A stretch of 63,856 nucleotides of DNA, filler included, from Craspedostauros australis (Eukaryota), in NCBI GenBank assembly GCA_030167865.1. It is 13 parts of 13 records of this genome, joined end to end, with 100 filler letters (N's around TTAATTAATTAA, not from the genome) between each part and the next. Parts side by side here need not be neighbours in the genome. Positions count along the whole stretch, not along the records: positions 21,932 to 53,420 come from JALAGF010000540.1; 12 more parts are not named here. The stretch is one strand, 5' to 3'. A program made the translations under genes and the position numbers. Below are positions 35,121 through 46,467 of this stretch, piece after piece. The first letter of the stretch is position 1; each line of letters begins with the position of its first letter. The notes beneath the pieces were generated by a model. It did no database searches and was not told the origin of the DNA. It worked only from the letters and a program-made list of their open reading frames with translations.

Positions 35121-36827
35121 TCACTGGCGGCTGTCCGCACTCGCGCTGGAGTCATCCACGAACTCCGACAGCCGCTCCCGATGCATGGCATCGACCATCT
35201 CTCGCGGAATGTACTTGACGAGCTCCGCAACAGGCGTCGGCGCCGAGACAGAAAACAAGCCGCAGATGACCCCGATCTTGCGCTTCGTGCGCACATCCAA
35301 ACAGGGCTGGATGCACCGCGACCACAGCCAGAAGTAGGATTTGGGAATGGGCACGAGGACGCACTGATGCAACCGTTCCGGAAAGATCTGGGTCAGCAAC
35401 GAGATGCCTTCGCGCAACGTGGACACGAGCTTCAAAGCGTGGCAGTTCCTCCAGCCTTGGCCGGGACGCAGATCGACGAGGAGGGATATCTTGGTGGCGG
35501 CATCGTGCTGGTGTTGCTCGAAGTAGAGATGGAGGTAGTAGGCCAGGGCGAGGGAGTACGTGGAAGGCTCGGCGAGGGTGTCGTCCAGGATGGCGGGTAG
35601 GATGAGGAACACGGCCGTACCGTCGGCGTCTTGGATGAGGCTGTTGCAGCGCAACGTGTGACGAATGAGTCTTGGGACTGTGCGTGCAGCGTCGTAGCGT
35701 CGATCGTTGCGATGTCTCGCCGCGACCATCGTGGCGACGTTCCATCGTCTGGTGTCATCTTCCACGGCGTGGCCGGATGGTGGCGATTCGTTGCGTTCTT
35801 TCTCCGAGGGCTTGTGGGTGGTCTGCTGTTGTTGTTGTTGTTGTTGTTGTTGCTGAGTGACAAGTGGGTTCGTAGGAGTGAATTGGAGCTGTTCGCTTTG
35901 TGAAAGAGACTGGACGGTCTGCTGCATCTGCTGCCTCCACTGGATGGTGAAGGCGAGCTGCTTGACCGACTTGGCGACATTCCCGTTGTTGCCCCTGAGG
36001 AAGTTGAAGCGTTCCTGTTGCGGGACGAGGGAGACTGCGGTCTCGGTGGCATCCGCGTGGTCGGCATTGACGTCGGCTTCGCCATCCATGACGGTCCTCA
36101 AGTCGCTGACGAGCTGCCGATCCAGGCGAAGCAGGTCATTCTCTGTCAGCGCAACCGCATCGCTGGAGTAGCTGAAGAAGCTGCCGGATTCACCGTCGTC
36201 GCTGCTGTCACCGTCGTCGCTGTTGGTCGTTGAGACCGTGCCGTCATCAGCAGGGTCGTCCTTGCCGGTACAGAGACTGCGAGTGCGCTCCCGATGCTTT
36301 CGAAATGGCCACCTCCACAACGACTTCTTGGTGCTTCCGTCGGTCCCGCACGTGGTGGTTGTCACGGCGGTGGCTTTGCGAGGGAGGTATGTCCTCTTGC
36401 CGTTGCGATTGCGATTGCCGTTGGCGCTGTTGGTCATCGTCGCGTCTCCGCTGGTGGACTTGTTGGGTATGGTGTTGAGCTTCCAGACAAGCCATAGCAG
36501 AGCAAAGGAGAGGCAGCTGGAGAGGATGGTGCTGTGATGCTCCATCACGGTGGCCGCCGCGAATCGTCCCAGCCGATGCAAGTGTCGGGAGGCGTCCTTG
36601 AGTTGCTGTGTTGGCATGAACTTGCCGTCCTCGTACATCGGAGGTGCGGAAGTGCCAACGAACGGTTCTCTGTCCAGAATTACTCCGTCTTGTGGGGACA
36701 TTTCGTGGTGTGGGCGTTGTTGTTGGCTTGTTCGGTTTTCTTGGCCTTGTTGGCCTTGTTGGCGTTTTTGCTTTTGTGTCTGTTGTGTTGGAACGGCCTC
36801 GTTTGGGTTCTTCGTCGTGGCCGTCAA
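35121..36827 (-). CDS. CRAL-TRIO/Sec14-like lipid-binding protein with an N-terminal TM helix
   Basis: RFNFLRG....V.K...L..TIQWR; LLVDLRPGQGW; FPERLHQCVLVPIP..W...PCLD.RT..KI. First in-frame ATG is at 36701. Confidence 0.8.
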   Translation of the reverse strand: MTATTKNPNEAVPTQQTQKQKRQQGQQGQENRTSQQQRPHHEMSPQDGVILDREPFVGTSAPPMYEDGKFMPTQQLKDASRHLHRLGRFAAATVMEHHSTILSSCLSFALLWLVWKLNTIPNKSTSGDATMTNSANGNRNRNGKRTYLPRKATAVTTTTCGTDGSTKKSLWRWPFRKHRERTRSLCTGKDDPADDGTVSTTNSDDGDSSDDGESGSFFSYSSDAVALTENDLLRLDRQLVSDLRTVMDGEADVNADHADATETAVSLVPQQERFNFLRGNNGNVAKSVKQLAFTIQWRQQMQQTVQSLSQSEQLQFTPTNPLVTQQQQQQQQQQQTTHKPSEKERNESPPSGHAVEDDTRRWNVATMVAARHRNDRRYDAARTVPRLIRHTLRCNSLIQDADGTAVFLILPAILDDTLAEPSTYSLALAYYLHLYFEQHQHDAATKISLLVDLRPGQGWRNCHALKLVSTLREGISLLTQIFPERLHQCVLVPIPKSYFWLWSRCIQPCLDVRTKRKIGVICGLFSVSAPTPVAELVKYIPREMVDAMHRERLSEFVDDSSASADSRQ

Positions 36828-37567
36828 TTGCGGCTTTCACTTGTCAAGGAAGCTTTCAGCGGGTGTTGTCAACAGAGAGCAAACCCCTCGTGGAGTGCAA
36901 TGGCTTGCAGTTAGTAATGTGTATAATGCAATAGTACTTTGGATAGAGTATGTTGAGTAGTATAACAGCTTTGGTGTCAACGATCCTGTGTGGAGTGGAG
37001 CAATGCAAATTTGTGCTGTTCACAAAGGAGAGGTACCAATACCGCCACGGCAGACATGCCGCGGATGAAGTTGCCGCCTTCCGTTGTGTTTTGTTGAGAG
37101 CGTGTTCTGCTCTTTGGCGAGGAACGCCTCCTTTCACGCCCCATGAAGTCGTGTCATTCTCGTGTCTTCCAGTGATGCCTCCAATTCGCACACAACGCAA
37201 ACACGAAGAAGGAACAATCGAGAGTTCGTTCACACACGTTCGTTGGAACGCAAAGGGTGAAGCCTTTTCGTGTTCTCATTGGCACACGCGAGCCTTGAGG
37301 TGTTTATGGATGGGTGTTCGCATACCGCGCGGTCGGCCAAGCGTGTTTCGCAACTCGTGATCCGCCGTGATGTCAACAGAATCTCCTTTGGTCGTGATCG
37401 GTGCCGTCTTCGCATTCGACCAACTTGACTGAATCTTCGCTCCTTGTGCAAAAACAAGACAGAATCCGCAAAGCGAATCCACAAAGCGAATCCTTCCCAC
37501 TTGGAGACGACAACGAACAAAACGATACAACAGAAACACGAGGAGGGACAACGACGAATGCGGCAGC

Positions 37568-37598
<31 letters not shown>

Positions 37599-37765
37599 GC
37601 ACTCACACAAGAAGGGAAGAATCAAGATCGAACACTCCACAGAAAATAGCAACCGAGAGGACGAGAATACGTGCGGGAAGGGACGCCGCAACTCCAACAC
37701 AAAGACAAAATCAAACTGAACAAAGGAACGTACGACTACAATAGCAAGGAACTAAGCAAGAGAGG

Positions 37766-40453
37766 ATGAGTCAGGATCACTTCGTTCCTTTGTTGGACGG
37801 CGATGAAAGGGATCGAGCTCGAGCATTCGAGAATGGCAATGGCAATGGCAATAGCAACAGCAATGCTCAAAACGGAGGGGATCCGCTTCGATGGCGGAAT
37901 GACTCGAGCGGGGTTCTGAATCCAGATTTTGGGTCTCGCGCTGCGCATGCGCCAAGCAGGCACCACCACAACCACAATCACAACCATGACACCAACAGCT
38001 CCAATCTGGACTCGCAGGAGATCCCCCACTCCTTGGTCTCCTTCGGCTTCCTGCCAAAGCAGCAGCAGGATCGGCAGCATCTGGAACGATCGCTCATGGG
38101 CATACAGATCCTCCTGTGCGTCCTCACCTGCATCTGCTCCTTCTTCTCGGATGCTCTGGCGATTCCCATCTTCCAGTACGGCTTTCTCACCTTCCTGCTC
38201 ACTTGCGTCTGCGTGGGATTCGGCAAGTACATCATCTTCGAGCTCATCGACTCCTTCGCGTATGATGACCATCCCTATGAGCATGACGAAAGATCCAGGG
38301 ATGCTCCCAGCGTGGGTAACATGGACATCATGATGGTCGTCACGCACACGCAGGTCAGATCAAGCGCAGGTGCCAACACAGCCAACACTAACCGCAACAG
38401 CAACGGCTCGGTCGATGGTGTTGGTCACATCGATGGCGATGGTGGGAACACAGGTCAAACCAACTCCCGAATTGATGCTGTCAACCAAAACGACACCACC
38501 AACGAAAATGAAAATGGAGCTTTGATGGGATTGGGGGTGAGAGTGGGAACTCGAGGTGCGGATGGAGACGATGGCAACAATCACGACGACAACAGCAACG
38601 ACAACCAGCAACGGTTCAACGTCATGCAACGTACGGCGCCCAAACAAGCGCGTGAAATGTCGATGATACGTTTCTTTCTCTCCTTCATCGTGCCCATATC
38701 ACTCTCCCGTGCCATCCCAGCCATGGACTACTTCCAGTTCAACATACCCACGAAAACGGCCTACATGATCACTGCAGCCATCAGCCTCGCCTTGATCACG
38801 GTCGTCGTATCCTTCGTGGGCTACGTCCAGTTCATGGTGTGGAACAACATCACCCTGCAGCGGCAAAGAACGGTGGCGGCTGCATCGGCGTCGACATCAG
38901 CAACCAACGTCCTCCTGCGACCGCAATTCAATTCAAACAGCAATGTCAACGGCAACGGCAATAAAGACATCATATGGATGCCAACTTTCACGCAGATGCT
39001 TGCTTCGACTCTCGTCTTCCCGATTGGACTCACTGCCCTCTATCAGCTCATTTTCAAGTATTCGCCAATCGGCGCTGTCGGCAGCCCGGCGATGAGTTCG
39101 GGAATTGGCGGCATGGACCCAATCTCGTTGCAACTATCCAGCATCGCCGGTCAGATCGGTGTAGTCTTTTGGATGGGATGGATGGCATCCTGCGCTGCTG
39201 CGATCATCATCCTGGAGATCATGCAGCGCATGATATCGTCTGTTCTGGAAAGGACAACTTCGACGGCACCGACACCGACAGCGGTGGCAATGAGATCTTT
39301 CAGACTGAAGCATCAGCTGCAGTCCAAGCAGAGAACGTTCGTCATTTTCATTGCTTGCCTGGCCCTTCTCGCGCACATGTTCGGCAGTCTGCGATACATC
39401 CAGTACACCAACACCCATCCAGTCGTCGCTTCCATCTTCAACACCAACGGCATCCAGATGTGGCACGAGGCCACTGCGCCCATTCTGCAGGTCTCGTGTC
39501 TGTTGCCAACCGTCTTCAAAGCTAACCAGGATCCGTCCATGGTGTCCTCCCTGATCGAACGCACCAACGAACGGCTGCGGGCAGGCGACGATCTGATCAT
39601 GTGGTCCGAGATTGCCGTCGATCAATACGTCGATCCCACTGCGTTTGATTGGCCAACGACCACCAATCCTGGTGCAGTTGTTGCGATTGCATTCCTTGAG
39701 GAGGCTGACTCCTCCTCCAGTTATTACAATTCCATGGCCATCTTTCAAAATGGCACGCTGCTCGGACGGTACAACAAGAATCATCCCGTGCCCGTCATCG
39801 AAGCCAACGTGATTGCTAGCAACACCCCGCCACCCGTGATACCCATCCAATGGACGCCCAAAATGACTCAGGGTGACGAATCCTTCATCCCGGATGCCAG
39901 CACCTTCCTTGCAACGGATATCGAAACCAACGGCAGGATCATGCCGCGAACCAACGTTGCGCTCAACGTCACCATGGCGATTTGCTTCGACTTTGATTTT
40001 CCCAACTTCATCCGTGATCAGGCCGCCGACGTCGACCTCATGATCGGCCCCAGCGAGTACTGGGGGTCTTTGGGGTGGAATATCTGGGGCGACAACACGT
40101 ACCGTGCCGTCGAGAATGGCATGACGTTGTTCAAATGCTCCAACGATGGCATCTCCGGTGCTGTCAATCCATCCGGCAAGATCCTTTCCGCCAAACCCAC
40201 CATCCAAGGCGAGACCTACACGACCACCATCTCCGTGCAGAAGGGCATTTCCACTATCTACGCCAACCTTGGGGGGCATTTCTTCGGTTGGGTCTGCCTG
40301 GTGATGTATCCAATGATCGCGCTGACCATTCTGGGTTGGTCGATACGTTTGCATCGGCAGGAATTGAGACAGCATGCGCTGCAGCAGCAGCGGCAGCTGA
40401 TTCGCCAGAATGATTTGTTGTTGTCGCCGAGTGCACCTGATGACGATGATTGA
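37766..40453 (+). CDS. Apolipoprotein N-acyltransferase (Lnt)-like membrane nitrilase-fold protein
   Basis: Multi-TM N-terminus; E-K-C triad in IMWSE, YNKNHPVP and ICFDFDFP; YRAVENG...GISGAVNPSG; C-terminal TM helix. Confidence 0.85.
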   Translation: MSQDHFVPLLDGDERDRARAFENGNGNGNSNSNAQNGGDPLRWRNDSSGVLNPDFGSRAAHAPSRHHHNHNHNHDTNSSNLDSQEIPHSLVSFGFLPKQQQDRQHLERSLMGIQILLCVLTCICSFFSDALAIPIFQYGFLTFLLTCVCVGFGKYIIFELIDSFAYDDHPYEHDERSRDAPSVGNMDIMMVVTHTQVRSSAGANTANTNRNSNGSVDGVGHIDGDGGNTGQTNSRIDAVNQNDTTNENENGALMGLGVRVGTRGADGDDGNNHDDNSNDNQQRFNVMQRTAPKQAREMSMIRFFLSFIVPISLSRAIPAMDYFQFNIPTKTAYMITAAISLALITVVVSFVGYVQFMVWNNITLQRQRTVAAASASTSATNVLLRPQFNSNSNVNGNGNKDIIWMPTFTQMLASTLVFPIGLTALYQLIFKYSPIGAVGSPAMSSGIGGMDPISLQLSSIAGQIGVVFWMGWMASCAAAIIILEIMQRMISSVLERTTSTAPTPTAVAMRSFRLKHQLQSKQRTFVIFIACLALLAHMFGSLRYIQYTNTHPVVASIFNTNGIQMWHEATAPILQVSCLLPTVFKANQDPSMVSSLIERTNERLRAGDDLIMWSEIAVDQYVDPTAFDWPTTTNPGAVVAIAFLEEADSSSSYYNSMAIFQNGTLLGRYNKNHPVPVIEANVIASNTPPPVIPIQWTPKMTQGDESFIPDASTFLATDIETNGRIMPRTNVALNVTMAICFDFDFPNFIRDQAADVDLMIGPSEYWGSLGWNIWGDNTYRAVENGMTLFKCSNDGISGAVNPSGKILSAKPTIQGETYTTTISVQKGISTIYANLGGHFFGWVCLVMYPMIALTILGWSIRLHRQELRQHALQQQRQLIRQNDLLLSPSAPDDDD

Positions 40454-40769
40454 GTATGTATCATATGGTACTTGGAGGCAAGCAGGAACATGGTTAGAGC
40501 ACGTGCGTATTGTATGAGAAACATGACACACTCCATTTGAACAACCATGATCAATGTGCGAATGATTACGGTGATGAACTTGGACATGGTAGTAGGATAA
40601 TGCCTGTGGAGTACCATGCGTGCAGATGAATACAATACAATAAAATACATTACATTTATCTATACGGATGTAGCAGCGATGTGCATTGTGCTTTGATGCC
40701 ATTCTCGTCCCTCCTCGTCATGGCAAGCTGATCACGTTCAACTCTCTCTCACACACACAACCTTTCTCT

Positions 40770-43700
40770 CTAGATGTCCATGTATCGTATCTCAGTGACT
40801 TCGATGTTCCCCTGATCGCAGTAGACTGCATTCAAGATGTGAGCTCGTTCTTCCGACGTGCTGTTCTCGCCAGGTTCCGCATGCCTGGTCTCTTCACCAT
40901 CGCCTTGACGCTGTTCCACCAGCCCTTCGCTGTTCACAGAATCCTGCGACAGATGTTGCTGCGAGTTTTTGACGGGTTCTGGTTGATAAATCGCCTTGCC
41001 CAGCTGCTGCATCGTTTGGTACGACGACTGTTTGTTCTTCGGTCGCGGCGGCGTCTTGGTGGCCTTCATGTTGGTGGATGAAGACTTGAGGCGTTGTTGT
41101 AGTTGCTGCTGCTGCTGTGATCTGGTTGGGAAGAACGGTTGGTTGGAACTGGATGTTTCTGGTGATCCGCGAGATCCCGCAGGGCGCAAGGCTGGCACGA
41201 TCCAGCTGTTGCTGTCATCGGTCTGTACTGCGGATGGTGGTTGTTTCGAGAACTTCATGGCACTGGTGTTGGTGTTGGCGGTGGCGCTGCTGTTGCTTCC
41301 TTCACTCTCGTTGCTCCTGCCGTTGTTCGCCGAAGTCCTTTTCAGCTTCTCCAGACGTTTCTTTGTGGATTGCATTGCCGCTCGTGCTCTCATTCCCGCG
41401 CGGGGGGACAACAGCAACGCCGATGCAATTATCGGCGCCGACGAGGAAGATCGTGGTGTTGCCGACAACTTGGTAGCCGCGACTGCATCTTCGCCATCGA
41501 TTTGCGTGGCGAAGGATGCGGAGAACAACCCATTGTCTTCCTCGCTGGCGGGCGAGCTGATCGATTGCATCAAGGACGCTGTCAGTCTTGCGGAGTCCCT
41601 CGCGTTCGTGGTAATGCCGGCGGTGGCTGCCGTTGTGTTCGGATCGGTGGATGTGGTTGATAATGCTTGTTCGCGTTCGTGCTCGTGTTCTTGTACTTGT
41701 TGGCTTGATGATATCACCATTTGGTTCGCTGGTGGTCCATCTGCGGCTTCGGCCTCCATCGTGGAGACAGGCGAAATCATGGTGAATAGACGGTTGCGGC
41801 TGTCCTCGCTGGATGAGAGGGTCGAGACGGCGCCGACGTCTGACAAATCGTCATCAGTGCTCTCGACGTTTTGGCGGGACGTGCCTGGCACCATGTCTGA
41901 GCTGTTGCCCTCCATCGGCTTGTCGACGGTTGCCACGGATTCGGACGATATCTCCAACGACGATGAGTTGGGGGAATGCTGCGCAATCTCAGAGCCGAGC
42001 AATTCGTCTTCGTCGTCCGTATGATCATTGTTACCTGTGTGGCGAGATGGGGTGGTGGTGGTAATGATCATGGCTTCTGGTTCTGAGGCGCCAACTGCGC
42101 TGCTACGTGCAGAACAAATCCCGCTGTGCATGGAACCCATGAGCTCGTCTTCGGAGTTGACAGGAATGGATGGCAGCGAAGTAGGTTGCTTCGCGCCGTC
42201 CGTTTTCTCGCTATCGAATAGCTTCGACTGCTGCTGCTGGTGCTCGTTACCGCCATCCTGTTCATAGTCACTTTCATCACCCTCGTCTTCGAACAGCGTA
42301 CTCAACCGCCTTCCATTGCTTGCGGATGAGTGGAAGGAACGTGATCGATCGAACGGGCTCAGTTCGTCACTTGGTGCATCTCCAGAGGAAGACGTTGAGG
42401 CCCATGAGGACGTCTGCTTCTTCTTCGTGCAGAACTCATCCGATGGACATCCGGATACTTCTAAGTCATCATGCTCATGTTCATGTTCATGCTCCTCTTC
42501 GGCTTCGTCCTTGTTGTCGTCATGCTTGTCTTCACGTCGGTGCTCATGCTCATCCACGCCATCATTGCTCCTTTGATCAGAAACTGCATCGCCATGCTGC
42601 ATATTGTTCACCTGGTCGTTTGTCTTGGCAGGTTCGTGCTCGGCTTGTTCGAACTTGGTGAGCAACGATTGGGATCGTTCGTCTTCCGGTTCCTCCTCAT
42701 TCTGCTGCGTGCGATTGCGCTTCTTCAGTGGCATCGGTGATGTGGCCTCGATGGCCTGCTCAAAGCGTTGCCGTGCCTTGGCCATGCGTTCGCGCAGACG
42801 TTGCACGTTGGCGTTGGAACTGGAGGCTACCGTGCTGCCGCTGCGCGATCGGGACAGGACCGGGATCGGCGGACCCGCGTTGTCATCAGTCTCATCCATG
42901 GGCGTGTTGCGTTGCGTGCTGGGCGTGAGCAGCGGTGAGATGGCGAAGGAGTGCTTGGGTGTCTGGTCTTCCTCTTCTTCCTTGTCTTGTCGATCAATGC
43001 CGATCACGGGGGATAAACCGAGCGTCGAATCCTGTTCGAGACTTCGCACATCTGTGAGCGTCGTGGCGCTGTTGGAGAGGAATGCGGAAGCTGGTGTCTC
43101 AACCGTACCGCCCATTGTGGAATCGTCAGGATCCACCGAAGACAATGACAATGATGTTGCCGCGCCCGACCCTGATCCTGCCGTGATAGCCGATGGCTGC
43201 GACGCGCTGTGATCGCTTTGCAGATCGATGGAAATGTCCTGATGGCGCTCCTCGGTCTCAGATGGCATGACCATGGCGTTGTAGGACGTAGAGGTGGATG
43301 CAGATGCGGATGGGGTGCTTTGCTGATTGTGCAATTCTTCGGCCTGCGTCTTGAGACGCGCCGTGAGCTGCGTTTGCTCGAGCTGCGTTGGCTCGTCGTG
43401 GAAGCGCTGGAAGGGCGCGGTGATGCCACAGAAGTTGACCGTCGAATTGATGGATGACTGCAGCTTGCTCTTGAGAATGGCAACCTCATTCCTGTGCGCT
43501 GTTTCCCTCGCGTCGTATTGCAGCATGCGTTCCTGCATATCCCGCGCGTTCTTCGTCTCCAGCACCTTCTTCTCTGCTTCCAGATGCTCGATGCGGCGAT
43601 GCAGCAGCCGGATCGTTTCGCTTTGGACGGATGATGCGCCGTCGTTGCTGGCGTTTCCGAAATTCGTGATGAGAGACGTCGAGGCGTTGCTGCTGGCCAT

Positions 43701-45293
43701 AGCGATTGATTCGCCCACATTGTTCTCCATGCTGCTTGACGGTTGGACGTGGCTGATGTCACCGTTGTTGCCCGAAGTGTTGCGCAGCGTATCCTGCTCC
43801 AACTTGCGGCGCTGTTCGACGTGGGTGGATTTGCTCTGCGCCTCCTTCAGTCGTCGTTCTGCACGTTCTCGGAGATGCCGTTCCTTCTTGAGTTCCAGTC
43901 GCAGATGCGCCTCGGTTGATCGGGCACGCAGCAGATCGTCCTGGAGTTGGCGGTACGATGCCGATGATGACGAGGTGCTGGAGATGACGCCCGACAGGAA
44001 GGTTTGCGATGCGGAGCCCTGCGTCGATGTGGGAACCGAAGATTCGCACGATGACGAGGACGACAAGGATGAAGACGAGAATGCTGATGAGGATGAGGGA
44101 GAAGATGACAGAGATGCGAGTGCCGTGGTTGGCAAGTTGTCCACGTTGTGTTTCCGCTGTTTCGTCTGCGGAGACGACACCTTCGAGTTGGACGCGGAGG
44201 AATTGGATTGCGCAAGGCTGAGCTTGGCCTTGAGCTGTTGGATCTCCTTCTCCTGCCTCTGCACCTTCTCCTTGTTGCTCTTGTTCTCCTGCAGCACGTC
44301 CGACATGACCTTGCTGAGCTTGCGCCTGTCCTTGAGATGTTCCGTGCCCATGAGGATGGTGCCTTCCGTCGCTTCCCTGAGCTTGGACTTGCAGGCCGCC
44401 AGCTCCTTCCGCAGGTTGTGGAACTGCTTGGTGGAAGCGCCCTTCTCCTGCTGCACGGTCTGCTTTGCCTTGCTGATCTCTTCCTTCGCCTTCTTGTGCT
44501 GCACCATGAGACGATCCAACCGCTCCTGCACCACCTTGTGATCCCGCTCCTTCTTCTTGTACATCGCCAGCTCCTTGCGCATGGCGAACTCCTTGCTCTG
44601 CGCGATGCGCAGCTTCGTCTCCAGTTCTGACCTTTGTGCTTTCGTCGATGCCTCCATGCGCTTCAGCTTCTGCCTCCAGGTGAGGCTCAGATGTCGCAGC
44701 TCTCCATCATGAGGAGCGCTGGCAATGCTGCGGCCGCTTCCGCTCAGGGTGCTGTGGCTGCTGGTGCTCTCATGCAGGTGCACGTCGGCTTCATCCAGCG
44801 CCGCGTGTTCTGACATGGTGTTCGTGTTGTCGTTCGTCTTGTCGTTCGTCTTGTCGTTCGTCTTGTCGTTCGTCTCAGTGTCAACGGCTGGTGTTGTGAT
44901 CGGCGCGGTACTGCTCAAGATCCCGACGTGATCAGCCTCGCCTTCTTTTGGTCTGCAATTTTGGTCGTTGCCTTTGCTATCCGCGAGACTACTGCTGTCT
45001 GTGTTGCTGCTACTGCCGCTGTGACGATCCGATTTGTGTGCCGAGCACGAGGATGATGGTCCACCCGCAACTGTTGCGATCCGGCTGCTGTTGTTGATTC
45101 TGGCTAGTCTCGCAGATCTTGTGGATCGTGTGCTATCGCTGCTGGCGCGCGAGTGCGTGGAGGATGTGTTGTTGGTTTGTATCGTCCTGTCTCCCATGAC
45201 CATGGCTATTCTTACTCCCGTCAGCTGATTTTCCTGATGTATGGTATGTTGGAGGCTGTTGGTGCTGCTGATGACTTGCACCTCTCTCGCCAA
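40770..45293 (-). CDS. Large Ser/acidic-rich, largely disordered coiled-coil protein of unknown function
   Basis: 4.5-kb uninterrupted ORF with heptad-rich segments in the N-terminal half; first ATG ~45203. Confidence 0.75.
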   Translation of the reverse strand: MAREVQVISSTNSLQHTIHQENQLTGVRIAMVMGDRTIQTNNTSSTHSRASSDSTRSTRSARLARINNSSRIATVAGGPSSSCSAHKSDRHSGSSSNTDSSSLADSKGNDQNCRPKEGEADHVGILSSTAPITTPAVDTETNDKTNDKTNDKTNDNTNTMSEHAALDEADVHLHESTSSHSTLSGSGRSIASAPHDGELRHLSLTWRQKLKRMEASTKAQRSELETKLRIAQSKEFAMRKELAMYKKKERDHKVVQERLDRLMVQHKKAKEEISKAKQTVQQEKGASTKQFHNLRKELAACKSKLREATEGTILMGTEHLKDRRKLSKVMSDVLQENKSNKEKVQRQEKEIQQLKAKLSLAQSNSSASNSKVSSPQTKQRKHNVDNLPTTALASLSSSPSSSSAFSSSSLSSSSSCESSVPTSTQGSASQTFLSGVISSTSSSSASYRQLQDDLLRARSTEAHLRLELKKERHLRERAERRLKEAQSKSTHVEQRRKLEQDTLRNTSGNNGDISHVQPSSSMENNVGESIAMASSNASTSLITNFGNASNDGASSVQSETIRLLHRRIEHLEAEKKVLETKNARDMQERMLQYDARETAHRNEVAILKSKLQSSINSTVNFCGITAPFQRFHDEPTQLEQTQLTARLKTQAEELHNQQSTPSASASTSTSYNAMVMPSETEERHQDISIDLQSDHSASQPSAITAGSGSGAATSLSLSSVDPDDSTMGGTVETPASAFLSNSATTLTDVRSLEQDSTLGLSPVIGIDRQDKEEEEDQTPKHSFAISPLLTPSTQRNTPMDETDDNAGPPIPVLSRSRSGSTVASSSNANVQRLRERMAKARQRFEQAIEATSPMPLKKRNRTQQNEEEPEDERSQSLLTKFEQAEHEPAKTNDQVNNMQHGDAVSDQRSNDGVDEHEHRREDKHDDNKDEAEEEHEHEHEHDDLEVSGCPSDEFCTKKKQTSSWASTSSSGDAPSDELSPFDRSRSFHSSASNGRRLSTLFEDEGDESDYEQDGGNEHQQQQSKLFDSEKTDGAKQPTSLPSIPVNSEDELMGSMHSGICSARSSAVGASEPEAMIITTTTPSRHTGNNDHTDDEDELLGSEIAQHSPNSSSLEISSESVATVDKPMEGNSSDMVPGTSRQNVESTDDDLSDVGAVSTLSSSEDSRNRLFTMISPVSTMEAEAADGPPANQMVISSSQQVQEHEHEREQALSTTSTDPNTTAATAGITTNARDSARLTASLMQSISSPASEEDNGLFSASFATQIDGEDAVAATKLSATPRSSSSAPIIASALLLSPRAGMRARAAMQSTKKRLEKLKRTSANNGRSNESEGSNSSATANTNTSAMKFSKQPPSAVQTDDSNSWIVPALRPAGSRGSPETSSSNQPFFPTRSQQQQQLQQRLKSSSTNMKATKTPPRPKNKQSSYQTMQQLGKAIYQPEPVKNSQQHLSQDSVNSEGLVEQRQGDGEETRHAEPGENSTSEERAHILNAVYCDQGNIEVTEIRYMDI

Positions 45294-46467
45294 CGATCAC
45301 AAGTCGCAACTCGTCCGAATAAGTGTGCAGGCTTCGTCTGGTCGTGTGTGGAGTGTTTCAATTGCTCAGCTCTGTTCTGTTCTCTCTCGCGCAACTCGTG
45401 CTCAGACTCGTGCACTGCCGCGCTCCGCCGCTCTGTGCTTGGGCTTATTGGCGTCTTCTGCGTTTCGTATAGTAGCTCGAATAGTACTATCGGCACTCTG
45501 TCGATTCAGATGCCGCGGTAGCAGGTATCCTCTGCTCTATGTATCTGGAAATACCGCGCTCTTCCGATGGATTTTGGGCGGCGTGCCACAAACACACACA
45601 AAGAGAGGCGCTCAGTGAACGGTCACAACCAAGGCGCCAAAATCTGGGTTTCCGGCCGTTGCTCGATCGGGCTCGATGTATTATATTCCTTGGGGTTGCT
45701 GATGGGTATCGTCGGTTGATGGTGATGGTTGCGACAATGGTGATTGCTTTGAGCAGCTTCTTTCTTGTTGGTTGGGTGCTTTGCTTGAGTGCTTTGCTTG
45801 AGTGTGCATTACTTTCTGGGGAATGGAATGGCGCCGATCCTGAGAGCAACCACGACAACCACGCTTCTATCCGCACAAGTGAAATGGTTGTCGAGTGGGT
45901 ACCAGTGATGATGGAGCAGCGTTTTCGTTCTTGTTTCCTCACCAACACAGGCAGGCACACGCGCGCACACACGCACGAGGCGAGAGGCAGTTGGCACCAA
46001 GATCTGGCGGATGGCGATCACTCTTTCTACGAACTCACTTTTTTCCTTTTTTTCTCGTGTGAGAGGTGTTAAGATGACATGTTCTTTGGCGACATCCGTC
46101 AAACGCCCCGCTCTTCTTCATGTGCTTGAGGAGTGTCCGTTGCATTTCGTCTCTTCAACACACGATACACCTCACTAACACATGTATATCTGTTATTCAA
46201 GTATGAATATCTATATAATTTGGTAAACTATCACTTCAGGGTTCGCCGTGCCAGCAAAAACAAATTGTAATATATTAGTATATTACCTCATACCCAAAGG
46301 TCACGAATACAAATCAAGGCAGGTATTACCGCGACTTCCAACGCATCAAGATTTCGATTCTGTTCGTCGAGATCTTGGAAAAGAGCACAACACAGGTTGT
46401 GCAACCACAACTTTTCCAATCGGAGGAACGAGAACGAGAACGAGAACGAGGACATCCATCATCGACC

